From Anaerolineae bacterium (GTDB taxonomy: Bacteria > Chloroflexota > Anaerolineae > 4572-78): a DNA stretch of 64,000 nucleotides. Shown piece by piece: positions 10,001-22,599 of this stretch (positions within the stretch are counted from its first letter, which is position 1; every line of letters starts with the position of its first letter). Below the pieces are notes generated by a model. The model made no database searches. It had not been told where the DNA came from and saw only the letters and a program-made list of their open reading frames with translations. Location of the stretch: positions 3,526-67,525 of the forward strand of contig CBDAUV010000022.1 in NCBI GenBank assembly GCA_965199695.1, written 5' to 3'. The position numbers and the translations under genes are program-made.

Positions 10001-13000
10001 TTAGCAATCGAGCTGGTTAGCATAGTGTGACATTTTGCGCAGCTCCGAAACTTTGCATGTGGACCCGGACCGACCCCGGGAGTGCTTTGGTGCCATTAGT
10101 TTGCAAAGTTGCGACGCGCGCCAAGCTCGGCTAGCAACGAGTTAGCAACCAGGCATGTCCGGCCGCACCCAGGCATCTACCGGGCTGGTTAGAATAGTGT
10201 GACATATTGCGCAGCTCGGAAACTTTGCATGTGGACCAGGACCGACCCCGGGAGTGCTTTGCTGCCACTAGTTTGCAAAGTATGCGACGCACGCCAAGCT
10301 TGGCTAATTAGCAATCGGGCTGGTTAGCATAGTGTGACATATTGCGCAGCTCCGAAACTTTGCATGTGGACCTCGGACCGACCCCGGAAGTGCTTTGGTG
10401 CCATTACTTTGCAAAGTTGCGATGCGCGGCAAAGCTCGGACTAACGAGGAAGCCAGCCGGCCACACCCGGGGATCTGCCGGCCTGGTTAGCACAGTGTGA
10501 CATTTTGCGCAGCTCCGAAACTTTGCATATTGGACTCGGACCGACCCTGGTAGTGCTTTGGTGCCATTAGTTTGCAAAGTTGCGACGCGCGCCACGCTCG
10601 GCTAACAAGGCAGCCAGCCGGCCGCACCCGGGCATCTGCCGGGCTCGTTAGCATAGTGTGACATTTTGCGCAGTTCCAAAACTTTGCATGTGGACTCGGA
10701 CGAACCCCGGGAGTGCTTTGGTGCCATTAGTTTGAAATGTTGCGACGCGCGCCAACCTCGGCTAACTAGCAATCCGACTGGTTAGCATAGTATGAGATTT
10801 TGCGCAGCTCCGAAACTTTGCATGTGGACTCGGACCGACCCCGGGAGTGCTTTGGTGCCATTAGTTTGCAAAGTTGCGACGCGCGCCAAGCTCGGCTAAC
10901 GAGGTAGCCAGCCGGCCGCACCCGGGCATCTGCCGGGCTGGTTAGCATAGTGTGACATTTTGCGCAGCTCCAAAACTTTGCATGTGGACTCGGACCGACC
11001 CCAAAAGTGCTTTGGTGCCATTAGTATGAAAAGTTGCGACGCGCGCCAAGCTCGGCTAATTCGCAATCGGGCTGGTTAGCACAGTGTGACATTTTGCGCC
11101 GCTCCGAAACTTTGCATGTGGACCCGGACCGACCCCGGGAGTGCCTTGGTGCCATTAGTTTGCAAAGTTGTGACGCGCGCCAAGCTCGGCTAACAAGGCA
11201 GCCAGCCGGCTGCACCCGGGCATCTGCCGGGCTGGTTAGCATAGTGTGATATTTTGCGCAGCTCCGAAACTTTGCATGTGGACTCGGACCGACCCCGGGA
11301 GTGCTTTGGTGCCATTAGTTTGCAAAGTTGCGACACGCGCCAAGCTCGGCTTATTAGCAATCGGGCTGGTTAGCATAGTGTGACATTTTGCGCAGCTCCG
11401 AAACTTTGCATGTGAACCCGGACCGACCCCAGGATTGCTTTGGTGGCATTAGTTTGCAAAGTTGCGACGTGCGCCAAGCTCGGCTAACGAGGCAACCAGC
11501 CGGCCGCACCCAGGCATCTACCGGGCTGGTTAGAATAGTGTGACATTTTGTGCAGCTCCCAAACTTTGCATGTGGACTCGGACCAACCCCGGGAGTGCTT
11601 TGGTGCCATTAGTTTGCAAAGATGCGACGCGCGCCAAGCTCGGCTAATTAGCAATCGGGCTACTTAGCATAGTGTGACATTTTGCGCAGCTCCGGAACTT
11701 TGCATGTGGACTCGGACCGACCCCGGGAGTGCTTTGGTGGCATTAGTTTGGAAAGTTGCGACACGCGGCAAGCTCGGATAACGAGGCAGCCAGCCGGCCG
11801 CACCCGGGGATCTGCCGGGCTAGTTAGCATTGTGTGACATTTTGCGCAGCTCCAAAACTTCGCATGTGGACTTGGACCGACCCCGGTAGTGCTTTTGTGA
11901 CATTAGTTTGCAAAGTTGCGACGCGCGCCAAGCTCGGCTAACGAGGCAGCCAGCCGGCCGCACCCGGGGACCTGCCGGGCTGGTTAGCATAGTGTGACAT
12001 TTTCGCAGCTCCGAAACTTTGCATGTGAACTCGGACCGAACCCGGGAGGGGTTTGGTGCCATTAGTTTGCAAAGTTGCGACGCGCGCCAAGGTTAGCTAA
12101 TTAGCAATTGGGCTGGTTAGCATAGTGTGACATTTTGGAGAGCTCCGAAACTTTGCTTGTGGACCCGGACCGACCCCGGGAGTGCTTTAGTGCCATTAGT
12201 TTGCAAAGTTGCGACGTGCGCCAACCTCGGCTAACGAGGCAGCCAGCCGGCCGCACCCGGGGATCTGCCGGGCTGGTTAGCATAGTGTGACATTTTGCGC
12301 AGCTCCGAAACTTTGCATGTGGACTCGGACCAACCATGGGAGTGCTTTGGTGCCATTAGTTTGCAAAGTTTCGACGCGCGCCAAGCTCGGCTAATTAGCA
12401 TTCGGGCTGGTTAGCAGAGTGTGACATTTTGCGCAGCTCCGAAAATTTGCATGTCTACTCGGACCAACCCCGGGAGTGATTTGGTGCCATTAGTTTGAAA
12501 AGTTGTGACGCGCGCCAAGCTCGGCTAACTAGCAATCCGACTGGTTAGCATAGTGTGACATTTTGCGCAGCTCCGAAACTTTGCATGTGTACCTGGACCG
12601 ACCCCGGGAGTGCTTTGGTGCCATTAGTTTGCAAAGTTGCGACGCACGCCAAGCTCGGCTAACGAGGCAGCCAGCCGGCTGCACCCGGGCATCTGCCGGC
12701 CTGGTTGGCACAGTGTGACATTTTTCGCTGCTCCGAAACTTTGCATGTGTACCCGGACCGACATCGGGAGTGCTTTGGTGCCATTAGTTTGCAAAGTTGC
12801 GACGCGCGCCAAGCTGGGCTAACGAGGCAGCCAGCCGGCTGCACCCGAGCATCTGCCGGGCTGGTTGGCACAGTGTGACATTTTTCGCTGCTCCGAAACT
12901 TTGCATGTGGACTCGGACCGACCCCGCGAGTGCTTTGGTGCCATTAGTTTGCAAAGTTGCGACGCGTGCCAAGCTCGGCTAATTAGTAATCGGGCCGGTT

Positions 13001-16000
13001 AGCATAGTGTGACATTTTGCGCAGCTCCGAAACTTTGCATGTGGACTCGGACCGACCCCGGGAGTGCTTTGGTGCCATTAGTTTGCAAAGTTGCGACGTG
13101 CGCCAAGCTCGGCTAATTAGCAATCGGGCTGGTTAGCATAGTGTCACAATTTGCGCAGCTCCGAAACTTTGCATATGGACCCGGACCGACCCCGTGAGTG
13201 CTTTGGTGCCATTAGTTTGCAAAGTTGCGACGCGTGCCAAGCTCGGCTAATTAGTAATCGGGCCGGTTAGCATAGTGTGACATTTTGCGCAGCTCCGAAA
13301 CTTTGCATGTGGACTCGGACCGACCCCGGGAGTACTTTGGTGCCGTTAGTTTGCAAAGTTGCGACGCGCGCCAAGCTCGGCTAACGAGGCAGCCAGCCGG
13401 CCGCACCCGGGGATCGGCCGGGCTGGTTAGCATAGTGTGACAGTTTGCGCAGCTTCGAAACTTTGCATGTGGACTTGGACCGACCCCGGGAGTACGTTGG
13501 TGCCATTAGTTTGCAAAGTTGCGACGCGCGCCAAGCTCGGCTAACGAGGCAGCCAGCCGGCCACACCCGGGGATCTGCAGGCCTGGTTAGCACAGTGTGA
13601 CATTTTGCGCAGCTCCGAAACTTTGCATATTTAACTCGGACCGACCCCAGGAGTGCTTTGGTGCCAATAGTTTGCAAAGTTGCGACGCGCGCCAAGCTCG
13701 GCTAACGAGGCAGCAAGCCGGCCGCACCCGGGGATCTGCCGAGCTGGTTAGCATAGTGTGACAGTTTGCGCAGCTTCGAAACTTTGCATGTGGACTCGGA
13801 CGGACCCCGGGAGTGCTTTGGTCCCATTAGTTTGCAAAGTTGCGACGCGCGCCAAGCTCGGCTAACTAGCAATCCGACTGGTTAGCATAGTGTGACATTT
13901 TGCGCAGCTCCGAAACTTTGCATGTGGACCCGGACCGACCCCGGGAGTGCTTTGGTTCCATTAGTTTGAAAAGTTGCGACGCGCGCCAAGGTCGGCTAAT
14001 TAGCAATCGGGCTGGTTAGCATAGTATGACATTTTGCGCAGCTCCAAAACTTTGCATGTGGACCCGGACCGACCCCGTGAGTGCTTTGGTGCCATTAGTT
14101 TGCAAAGTTGCAACGCGCGCCAAGCTCGGCTAACTAGCCAGCCAGCCGGCCACACCCGGGGATCTGCCGGGCTGGTTAGCATAGTGTGACATTTTGCGCA
14201 GCTCCGAAACTTTGCATGTGGACCCGGACCGACCCCGGGAGTGCTTTGGTGCCATTAATTTGCAAAGTTGCAAGGCGCGCCAAGCTCGGCTAACTAGCCA
14301 GCCAGCGGCCGCACCCGGGGATCTGCCGGGCCGCTTAGCATAGTGCGACATTTTGCCCAGCTGCGAAACTTTGCATGTGGATTCGGACCAACCCCGGGAG
14401 TGCTTTGATGCCATTAGTTTGCAAAGTTGCGACGCTCGCCAAGCTCGGCTAATTAGCAATCTGGCTGCTTAGCATAGTGTGACATTTTGCGCAGCTCCCA
14501 AACTTTGCATGTGGACTCGGACCGACCCCGGGAGTGCTTTGGTGCCATTAGTTTGCAAAGTTGCGACGCGCGCCAAGCTCGGCTAATTAGCAATCGGGCT
14601 GGTTAGCATAGTGTGACATTTTGCGCAGCTCGGAAACTTTGCATGTGGACCCGGACCGACCCCGGGAGTGCTTTGGTGCCATTAGTTTGCAAAGGTGCAA
14701 CGCGCGCCAAGCTCGGCTAACGAGGCAGCCAGCCGCCCGCAGCCGGGGATCTGCCGGGCTAATTGGCATAGTGTGACATTTTTCGCTGCTCTGAAACTTT
14801 GCCTGTGGACTTGGACCGACCCCGGGAGTGCTTTGGTGCCATTAGTTTGCAAAGTTGCGACGCGCGCCAAGCTTGGCTAATTAGCAATCGGGCTAGTTAG
14901 CAAAGTGTGACATTTTGCGTAGCTCCAAAACTTTGCATGTGGACCCGGACCGAACCCAGGAGTGCTTTAATGCCATTAGTTTGCAAATTTGCGAAGTACG
15001 CCAAGCTCTGCTAATTAGCAATCGGGCTGGTTAGCATAGTGTGACATTTTGCGCAGCTCCGTTACTTTGCATGTGGACCCGGACCGACCCCGGGAGTAGT
15101 TTCGTGCCATTAGTTTGCAAAGTTGCGACACGCGCCAAGCTCGGCTAATTAGCAATCGGGCTGGGCATAGCATAGTGTGACATTTTGCGCAGCTCCGAAA
15201 CTTTGCATGTGGACCCGGACCGACCCCGGGAGTGCTTTAGTGCCATTAGTTTGCAAATTTGCGAAGTACGCCAAGCTCTGCTAATTAGCAATCGGGCTGG
15301 TTAGCATAGTGTGACATTTTGCGCAGCTCCGAAACTTTGCATGTGGACCCGGACCGACCCCGGGAGTGCTTTGGTGCCATTAGTTTGCAAAGGTGCGACG
15401 CGCGCCAAGCTCGGCTAACGAGGCAGCCAGCCGGCCGCACCCGGGGATCTGCCGGGCTAATTGGCATAGTGTGACATTTTTCGCTGCTCCGAAACTTTGC
15501 ATGCGGACTCGGACCGACCTCGGGAGTGCTTTGGTGCCATTAGTTTGCAAAGTTGCGACGTGCGCCAAGCTCGGCTAAATTGCAATCGGGCTGGTTAGCA
15601 TAGTGTCACAATTTGCGCAGCTCCGAAACTTTGCAAATGGACCCGGACCGACCCAGGGAGTGCTTTGGTGCCATTAGTTTGCAAAGTTGCAACACGTGGC
15701 AAGCTCGGCTAACTAGCAATCCGACTGGTTAGCATAGTGTGACATTTTGCGCAGCTCCGAAACTTTGCGTGTGGACCCGGACCGACCCCGGGAGTGCTTT
15801 GGTGCCATTAGTTTGCAAAGTTGCGACGCGCGCCAAGCTCGGCTAATTAGCAATCGGGCTAGTTAGCATAGTGTGACATTTTGCGTAGCTCCAAAACTTT
15901 GCATGTGGACCCGGACCGAACCCAGGAGTGCTTTGGTGCCATTAGTTTGCAAATTTGCGAAGTACGCCAAGCTCGGCTTATTAGCAATCGGGCTGGTTAG

Positions 16001-16159
16001 CATAGTGTGACATTTTGCGCAGCTCCGAAACTTTGCATGTTAACCCGGACCGACCCCGGGAGTGCTTTGGTGCCATTAGTTTGCAAAGTTGCGACGCGCG
16101 CCAAGCTCGGCTAATGAGGCAGCCAGCTGGCTGCACCCGGGCATCTGCCGGGCTGGTTG

Positions 16160-17123
16160 GCACAGTGTGACATTTTTCGCTGCTCCGAAACTTTGCATGT
16201 GGACTCGGACCGACCCCGGGAGTGCTTTGGTGCCATTAGTTTGCAAAGTTGCGACGCGCGCCAAGCTCGGCTAATTAGCAATCGGGCTAGTTAGCATAGT
16301 GTGACATTTTGTGCAGCTCCAAAACTTTGCATGTGGACCCGGACCGACCCCGGGATCGCTTTGGTGCCATTAGTTTGCAAAGTTGCGACGCGTGCCAAGC
16401 TCGGCTAATTAGCAATCGGGCTGGTTAGCATAGTGTGACATTTTGCGCAGCTCCGAAACTTTGCATGTGGACTCGGACCGACCCCGGGAGTGCTTTGGTG
16501 CCATTAGTTTGCAAAGTTGCGACGCGTGCCAAGCTCGGCTAATTACCAATCGGGCCGGCTAGCATAGTGTGACATTTTTTGCAGCTCCGAAACTTTGCAT
16601 GTGGACTCGGACCGACCCCGGGAGTGCTTTGGTGCCATTAGTTTGCAAAGTTGCGACGTGCGCCAAGCTCGGCTAATTAGCAATCGGGCTGGTTAGCATA
16701 GTGTCACAATTTGCGCAGCTCCGAAACTTTGCATATGGACCCGGACCGACCCAGGGAGTGCTTTGGTGCCATTAGTTTGCAAAGTTGCGACACGCGCCAA
16801 GCTCGGCTAACTAGCAATCCGACTGGTTAGCATAGTGTGACATTTTGCGCAGCTCCGAAACTTTGCATGTGGACTCGGACCGACCCCGGGAGTGCTTTGG
16901 TGCCATTAGTTTGCAAAGTTGCGACGTGCGCCAAGCTCGGCTAATTAGCAATCGGGCTGGTTAGCATAGGGTCACAATTTGCGCAGCTCCGAAACTTTGC
17001 ATGTTAACCCGGACCGACCCCGGGAGTGCTTTGGTGCCATTAGTTTGCAAAGTTGCGACGCGCGCCAAGCTCGGCTAATGAGGCAGCCAGCTGGCTGCAC
17101 CCGGGCATCTGCCGGGCTGGTTG
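16160..17123. repeat. 964-bp higher-order unit, first copy in block A2
   Basis: The same landmark is at 16160 and 17124. Monomer-by-monomer private variants are shared with 17124-18060. Confidence 0.88.
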
Positions 17124-18060
17124 GCACAGTGTGACATTTTTCGCTGCTCCGAAACTTTGCATGTGGACTCCGACCGACCCCGGGAGTGCTTTGGTGCCAT
17201 TAGTTTGCAAAGTTGCGACGCGCGCCAAGCTCGGCTAATTAGCAATCGGGCTAGTTAGCATAGTGTGACATTTTGTGCAGCTCCAAAACTTTGCATGTGG
17301 ACCCGGACCGACCCCGGGAGTGCTTTGGTGCCATAAGTTTGCAAAGTTGCGACGCGTGCCAAGCTCGGCTAATTAGCAATCGGGCTGGTTAGCATAGTGT
17401 GACATTTTGCGCAGCTCCGAAACTTTGCATGTGGACACGGACCGACCCCGGGAGTGCTTCGGAGCCATTAGTTTGCAAAGTTGCGACGCGTGCCAAGCTC
17501 GGCTAATTAGCAATCGGGCCGGTTAGCATAGTGTGACATTTTGCGCAGCTCCGAAACTTTGCATGTGGACTCTGACCGACCCCGGGAGTGCTTTGGTGCC
17601 ATTAGTTTGCAAAGTTGCGACGTGCGCCAAGCTCGGCTAATTAGCAATCGGGCTGGTTAGCATAGTGTCACAATTTGCGCAGCTCCGAAACTTTGCATAT
17701 GGACCCGGACCGACCCAGGGAGTGCTTTGGTGCCATTAGTTTGCAAAGTTGCGACACGCGCCAAGCTCGGCTAACTAGCAATCCGACTGGTTAGCATAGT
17801 GTGACATTTTGCGCAGCTCCGAAACTTTGCATGTGGACTCGGACCGACCCCGGGAGTGCTTTGGTGCCATTAGTTTGCAAAGTTGCGACGTGCGCCAAGC
17901 TCGGCTAATTAGCAATCGGGCTGGTTAGCATAGTGTCACAATTTGCAAGCTCCGAAACTTTGCATGTGGACCCGGACCGACCCAGGGAGTGCTTTGGTGC
18001 CATTAGTTTGCAAAGTTGCGACACGCGCCAAGCTCGGCTAACTAGCAATCCGACTGGTTA
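17124..18060. repeat. Second, degenerate copy of the 964-bp unit (937 bp; last monomer short instead of long)
   Basis: Monomer starts at 17124, 17258, 17392, 17526, 17660, 17794 and 17928 parallel 16160...16964. The last monomer is the actagcaatccgac short type and has a 1-bp loss at about 17945. Confidence 0.8.
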
Positions 18061-21000
18061 GCATAGTGTGACATTTTGCGCAGCTCCGAAACTTTGCATG
18101 TGGACCCGGACCGACCCCGGGAGTGCTTTGGTGCCATTAGTTTGCAAAGTTGCGACGAACGCCAAGCTCGGCTAACAAGGCAGCCAGCCGGCCGCACCCG
18201 GACATCTGCCGGGCTAATTGGCATAGTGTGACATTTTTCGCTGCTCCGAAACTTTGCATGTGGACTCGGACCGACCCCGGGAGTACTTTGGTGCCATTAG
18301 TTTGCAAAGTTGCGACGCGCGCCAAGCTCGGCTAACGAGGCAGCCAGGCGGCCGCACCCGGGGATCGGCCGGGCTGGTTAGCATAGTGTGACAGTTTGCG
18401 CAGCTTCGAAACTTTGCATGTGGACTTGGACCGACCCCGGGAGTACGTTGGTGCCATTAGTTTGCAAAGTTGCGACGCGCGCCAGGCTCGGCTAATGAGG
18501 CAGCCAGCCGGCCGCACCCGGGGATCTGCAGGCCTGGTTAGCACAGTGTGACATTTTGCGCAGCTCCGAAACTTTGCATATTTAACTCGGACCGACCCCA
18601 GGAGTGCTTTGGTGCCAATAGTTTGCAAAGTTGCGACGCGCGCCAAGCTCGGCTAACGAGGCAGCAAGCCGGCCGCACCCGGGGATCTGCCGAGCTGGTT
18701 AGCATAGTGTGACAGTTTGCGCAGCTTCGAAACTTTGCATGTAGACTCGGACCGACCCCGGGAGTGCTTTGGTGCCATTAGTTTGCAAAGTTGCGACGCG
18801 CGCCAAGCTCGGCTAACTAGCAATCCGACTGGTTAGCATAGTGTGACATTTTGCGCAGCTCCGAAACTTTGCATGTGGACCCGGACCGACCCCGGGAGTG
18901 CTTTGGTTCCATTAGTTTGAAAAGTTGCGACGCGCGCCAAGCTCGGCTAATTAGCAATCGGACTGGTTAGCATAGTATGACATTTTGCGCAGCTCCAAAA
19001 CTTTGCATGTGGACCCGGACGACCCCGGGAGTGCTTTGGTGCCATTAGTTTGCAAAGTTGCAACGCGCGCCAAGCTCGGCTAACTAGCCAGCCAGCCGGC
19101 CACACCCAGGGATCTGCCGGGCTGGTTAGCATAGTGTGACATTTTGCGCAGCTCCGAAACTTTGCATGTGGACCCGGACCGACGCAGGTAGTGCTTTGGT
19201 GCCATTAGTTTGCAAAGTTGCGACGCGCGCCAAGCTCGGCTAATTAGCAATCTGGCTGCTTAGCATAGTGTGACATTTTGCGCAGCTCCCAAACTTTGCA
19301 TGTGGACTCGGACCGACCCCGGGAGTGCTTTGGTGCCATTAGTTTGCAAAGTTGCGACGCGCGCCAAGCTCGGCTAATTAGCAATCGGGCTAGTTAGCAT
19401 AGTGTGACATTTTGCGCAGCTCCGAAACTTTGCATGTGGACCCGGACCGAACCCAGCAGTGCTTTGGTGCCATTAGTTTGCAAATTTGCGAAGTACGCCA
19501 ACCTCTGCTAATTAGCAATCGGGCTGGTTAGCATAGTGTGACATTTTGCGCAGCTCCGAAACTTTGCATGTGGACCCGGACCGACCCCGGGAGTAGTTTG
19601 GTGCCATTAGTTTGCAAAGTTGCGACACGCGCCAAGCTCGGCTAACGAGGCAGCCAGCCGGCCGCACCCGGGGATCGGCCGGGCTGGTTAGCATAGTGTG
19701 ACATTTTGCGCAGCTCTGAAACTTTGCATGTGGACTCGGACCAACCACGGGAGTGCTTTGGTGCCATTAGTTTGCAAAGTTTTGACGCGCGCCAAGCTCG
19801 GCTAATTAGCAGTGGGGCTGGTTAGCAGAGTGTGACATTTTGCGCAGCTCCGAAACTTTGCATGTGGACTCGGACCAACCCCGGGAGTGCTTTGGTGCCA
19901 TCAGTTTGAAAAGTTGCGACGCGCGCCAAGCTCGGCTAACTAGCAATCCGACTGGTTAGCATAGTGTGACATTTTGCGCAGCTCCGAAACTTTGCATGTG
20001 GACCCGGAACGACCCCGGGAGTGCTTTGGTGCCATTAGTTTGCAAAGTTGCGACGCGCGCGAAGCTCGGCTAATGAGGCAGCCAGCTGGCTGCACCCGGG
20101 CATCTGCCGGGCTTGTTGGCACAGTGTGACATTTTTCGCTGCTCCGAAACTTTTCATGTGGACTCGGACCGACCCCGGGAGTGCTTTGGTGCCATTAGTT
20201 TGCAAAGTTGCGACGCCCGCCAAGCTTGGCTAATTAGCAATCGGGCTAGTTAGCAAAGTGTGACATTTTGTGCAGCTCCAAAACTTTGCATGTGGACCCG
20301 GACCGACCCCGGGAGTGCTTTGGTGCCATTAGTTTGCAAAGTTGCGACGCGTGCCAAGCTCGGCTAATTAGCAATCGGGCTGGTTAGCATAGTGTGACAT
20401 TTTGCGCAGCTCCGAAACTTTGCATGTGGACTCGGACCGACCCCGGGAGTGCTTTGGTGCCATTAGTTTGCAAAGTTGCGACGCGTGCCAAGCTCGGCTA
20501 ATTAGCAATCGGGCCGGTTAGCATAGTGTGACATTTTGCGCAGCTCCGAAACTTTGCATGTGGACTCGGACCGACCCCGGGAGTGCTTTGGTGCCATTAG
20601 TTTGCAAAGTTGCGACGTGCGCCAAGCTCGGCTAAATAGCAATCGGGCTGGTTAGCATAGTGTCACAATTTGCGCAGCTCTGAAACTTTGCATATGGACC
20701 CGGACCGACCCAGGGAGTGCTTTGGTGCCATTAGTTTGCAAAGTTGCGACACGTGCCAAGCTCGGCTAACTAGCAATCCGACTGGTTAGCATAGTGTGAC
20801 ATTTTGCGCAGCTCCGAAACTTTGCATGTGGACCCGGACCGACCCCGGGAGTGCTTTGGTGCCATTAGTTTGCAAAGTTGCGACGCACGCCAAGCTCGGC
20901 TAACAAGGCAGCCCGCCGGCCACACCCGGTCATCTGCCGGGCTAATTGGCATAGTGTGACATTTCTCGCTGCTCCGAAACTTTGCATGTGGACTCGGACC

Positions 21001-21950
21001 GACCCCGGGAGTGCTTTGGTGCCATTAGTTTGCAAAGTTGCGACGCGCGCCAAGCTCGGCTAATTAGCAATCGGGCTAGTTAGCATAGTGTGACATTTTG
21101 CGTAGCTCCAAAACTTTGCATGTGGACCCGGACCGAACCCAGGAGTGCTTTGGTGCCATTAGTTTGCAAATTTGCGAAGTACGCCAAGCTCGGCTTATTA
21201 GCAATCGGGCTGGTTAGCATAGTGTGACATTTTGCGCAACTCCGAAACTTTGCATGTGGACTCGGACCGACCCCGGGAGTGCTTTGGTTCCATTAGTTTG
21301 AAAAGTTGCGACGCGCGCCAAGCTCGGCTAATTAGCAATCGGGCTGGTTCTGCCGGGCTAATTGGCATAGTGTGACATTTTGCGCAGCTCCAAAACTTTG
21401 CATGTGGACCCGGACGACCCCGGGAGTGCTTTGGTGCCATTAGTTTGCAAAGTTGCAACGCGCACCAAGCTCGGCTAACTAGCCAGCCAGCCGGCCACAC
21501 CCGGGGATCTGCCGGGCTGGTCAGCATAGTGTGACATTTTGCGCAGCTCCGAAACTTTGCATGTGGACCCGGACCGATGCAGGTAGTGCTTTGGTGCCAT
21601 TAGTTTGCAAAGTTGCGAGGCGCGCCAAGCTCGGCTAACTAGGCACCCAGCGGCCGGACCCGGGGATCTGCCGGGCCACTTAGCATAGTGCGACATTTTG
21701 CCCAGCTGCGAAACTTTGCATGTGGATTCGGACCAACCCCGGGAGTGCTTTGATGCCATTAGTTTGCAAAGTTGCGACGCGCGCCAAGCTCGGCTAATTA
21801 GCAATCTGGCTGCTTAGCATAGTGTGACATTGTGCGCAGCTCCCAAACTTTCCATGTGGACTCGGACCGACCCCGGGAGTGCTTTGGTGCCATTAGTTTG
21901 CAAAGTTGCGACGCGCGCCAAGCTCGGCTAATTAGCAATCGGGCTGGTTA
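17750..21950. repeat. Block C, copy 1 (partner about 22600-26950)
   Basis: ORF-track peptides recur at offset 4854 (18042/22896, 18332/23186, 18947/23801), then 5012 (19940/24952, 20770/25782), then 4997 (ends 21804/26801). Confidence 0.85.
21217..21364. repeat. 148-bp monomer with a hybrid short+long-tail linker
   Basis: The linker ggctaattagcaatcgggctggtt|ctgccgggctaattg (junction about 21349/21350) is a complete short linker followed by the tail of a long linker. Landmarks are at 21217 and 21365. Confidence 0.85.
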
Positions 21951-22599
21951 GCATAGTGTGACATTTTGCGCAGCTCCAAAACTTTGCATGTGGACCCTGA
22001 CCGAACCCAGGAGTGCTTTAATGCCATTAGTTTGCAACTTTGCGAAGTACGCCAAGCTCTGCTAATTAGCAATCGGGCTGGTTAGCATAGTGTGACATTT
22101 TGCGCAGCTCCGTTACTTTGCATGTGGACCCGGACCGACCCCGGGAGTAGTTTCGTGCCATTAGTTTGCAAAGTTGCGACACGCGCCAAGCTCGGCTAAT
22201 TAGCAATCGGGCTGGTTAGCATAGTGTGACATTTTGCGCAGCTCCGAAACTTTGCATGTGGACCCGGACCGACCCCGGGAGTGCTTTAGTGCCATTAGTT
22301 TGCAAATTTGCGAAGTACGCCAAGCTCTGCTAATTAGCAATCGGGCTGGTTAGCATAGTGTGACATTTTGCGCAGCTCCGAAACTTTGCATGTGGACCCG
22401 GACCGACCCCGGGAGTGCTTTGGTGCCATTAGTTTGCAAAGGTGCGACGCGCGCCAAGCTCGGCTAACGAGGCAGCCAGCCGGCCACACCCGGGGATCTG
22501 CCGGGCTAATTGGCATAGTGTGACATTTTTCGCTGCTCTGAAACTTTGCCTGTGGACTTGGACCGACCCCGGGAGTGCTTTGGTGCCATTAGTTTGCAA

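Larger units (their letters stand above)
11862..18477. repeat. Multi-kb block A, copy 2 (partner 1-6077), with four extra monomers at about 17392-17927
   Basis: See copy 1. I found only scattered substitutions by eye (e.g. 729 c / 12590 t; 13824 c versus 1963 g; 14436 t versus 2575 g). Confidence 0.92.

Noticed and set aside
10121-10200. A possible foreign insertion at the odd linker ggctagcaacgagttagcaaccaggcatgtccggccgcaccc
   Set aside because: It is a rearranged version of the aacgaggcaaccagccggccgcacccaggcatctacc long linker seen at 11481-11530 (a small internal duplication plus substitutions), not exogenous sequence.
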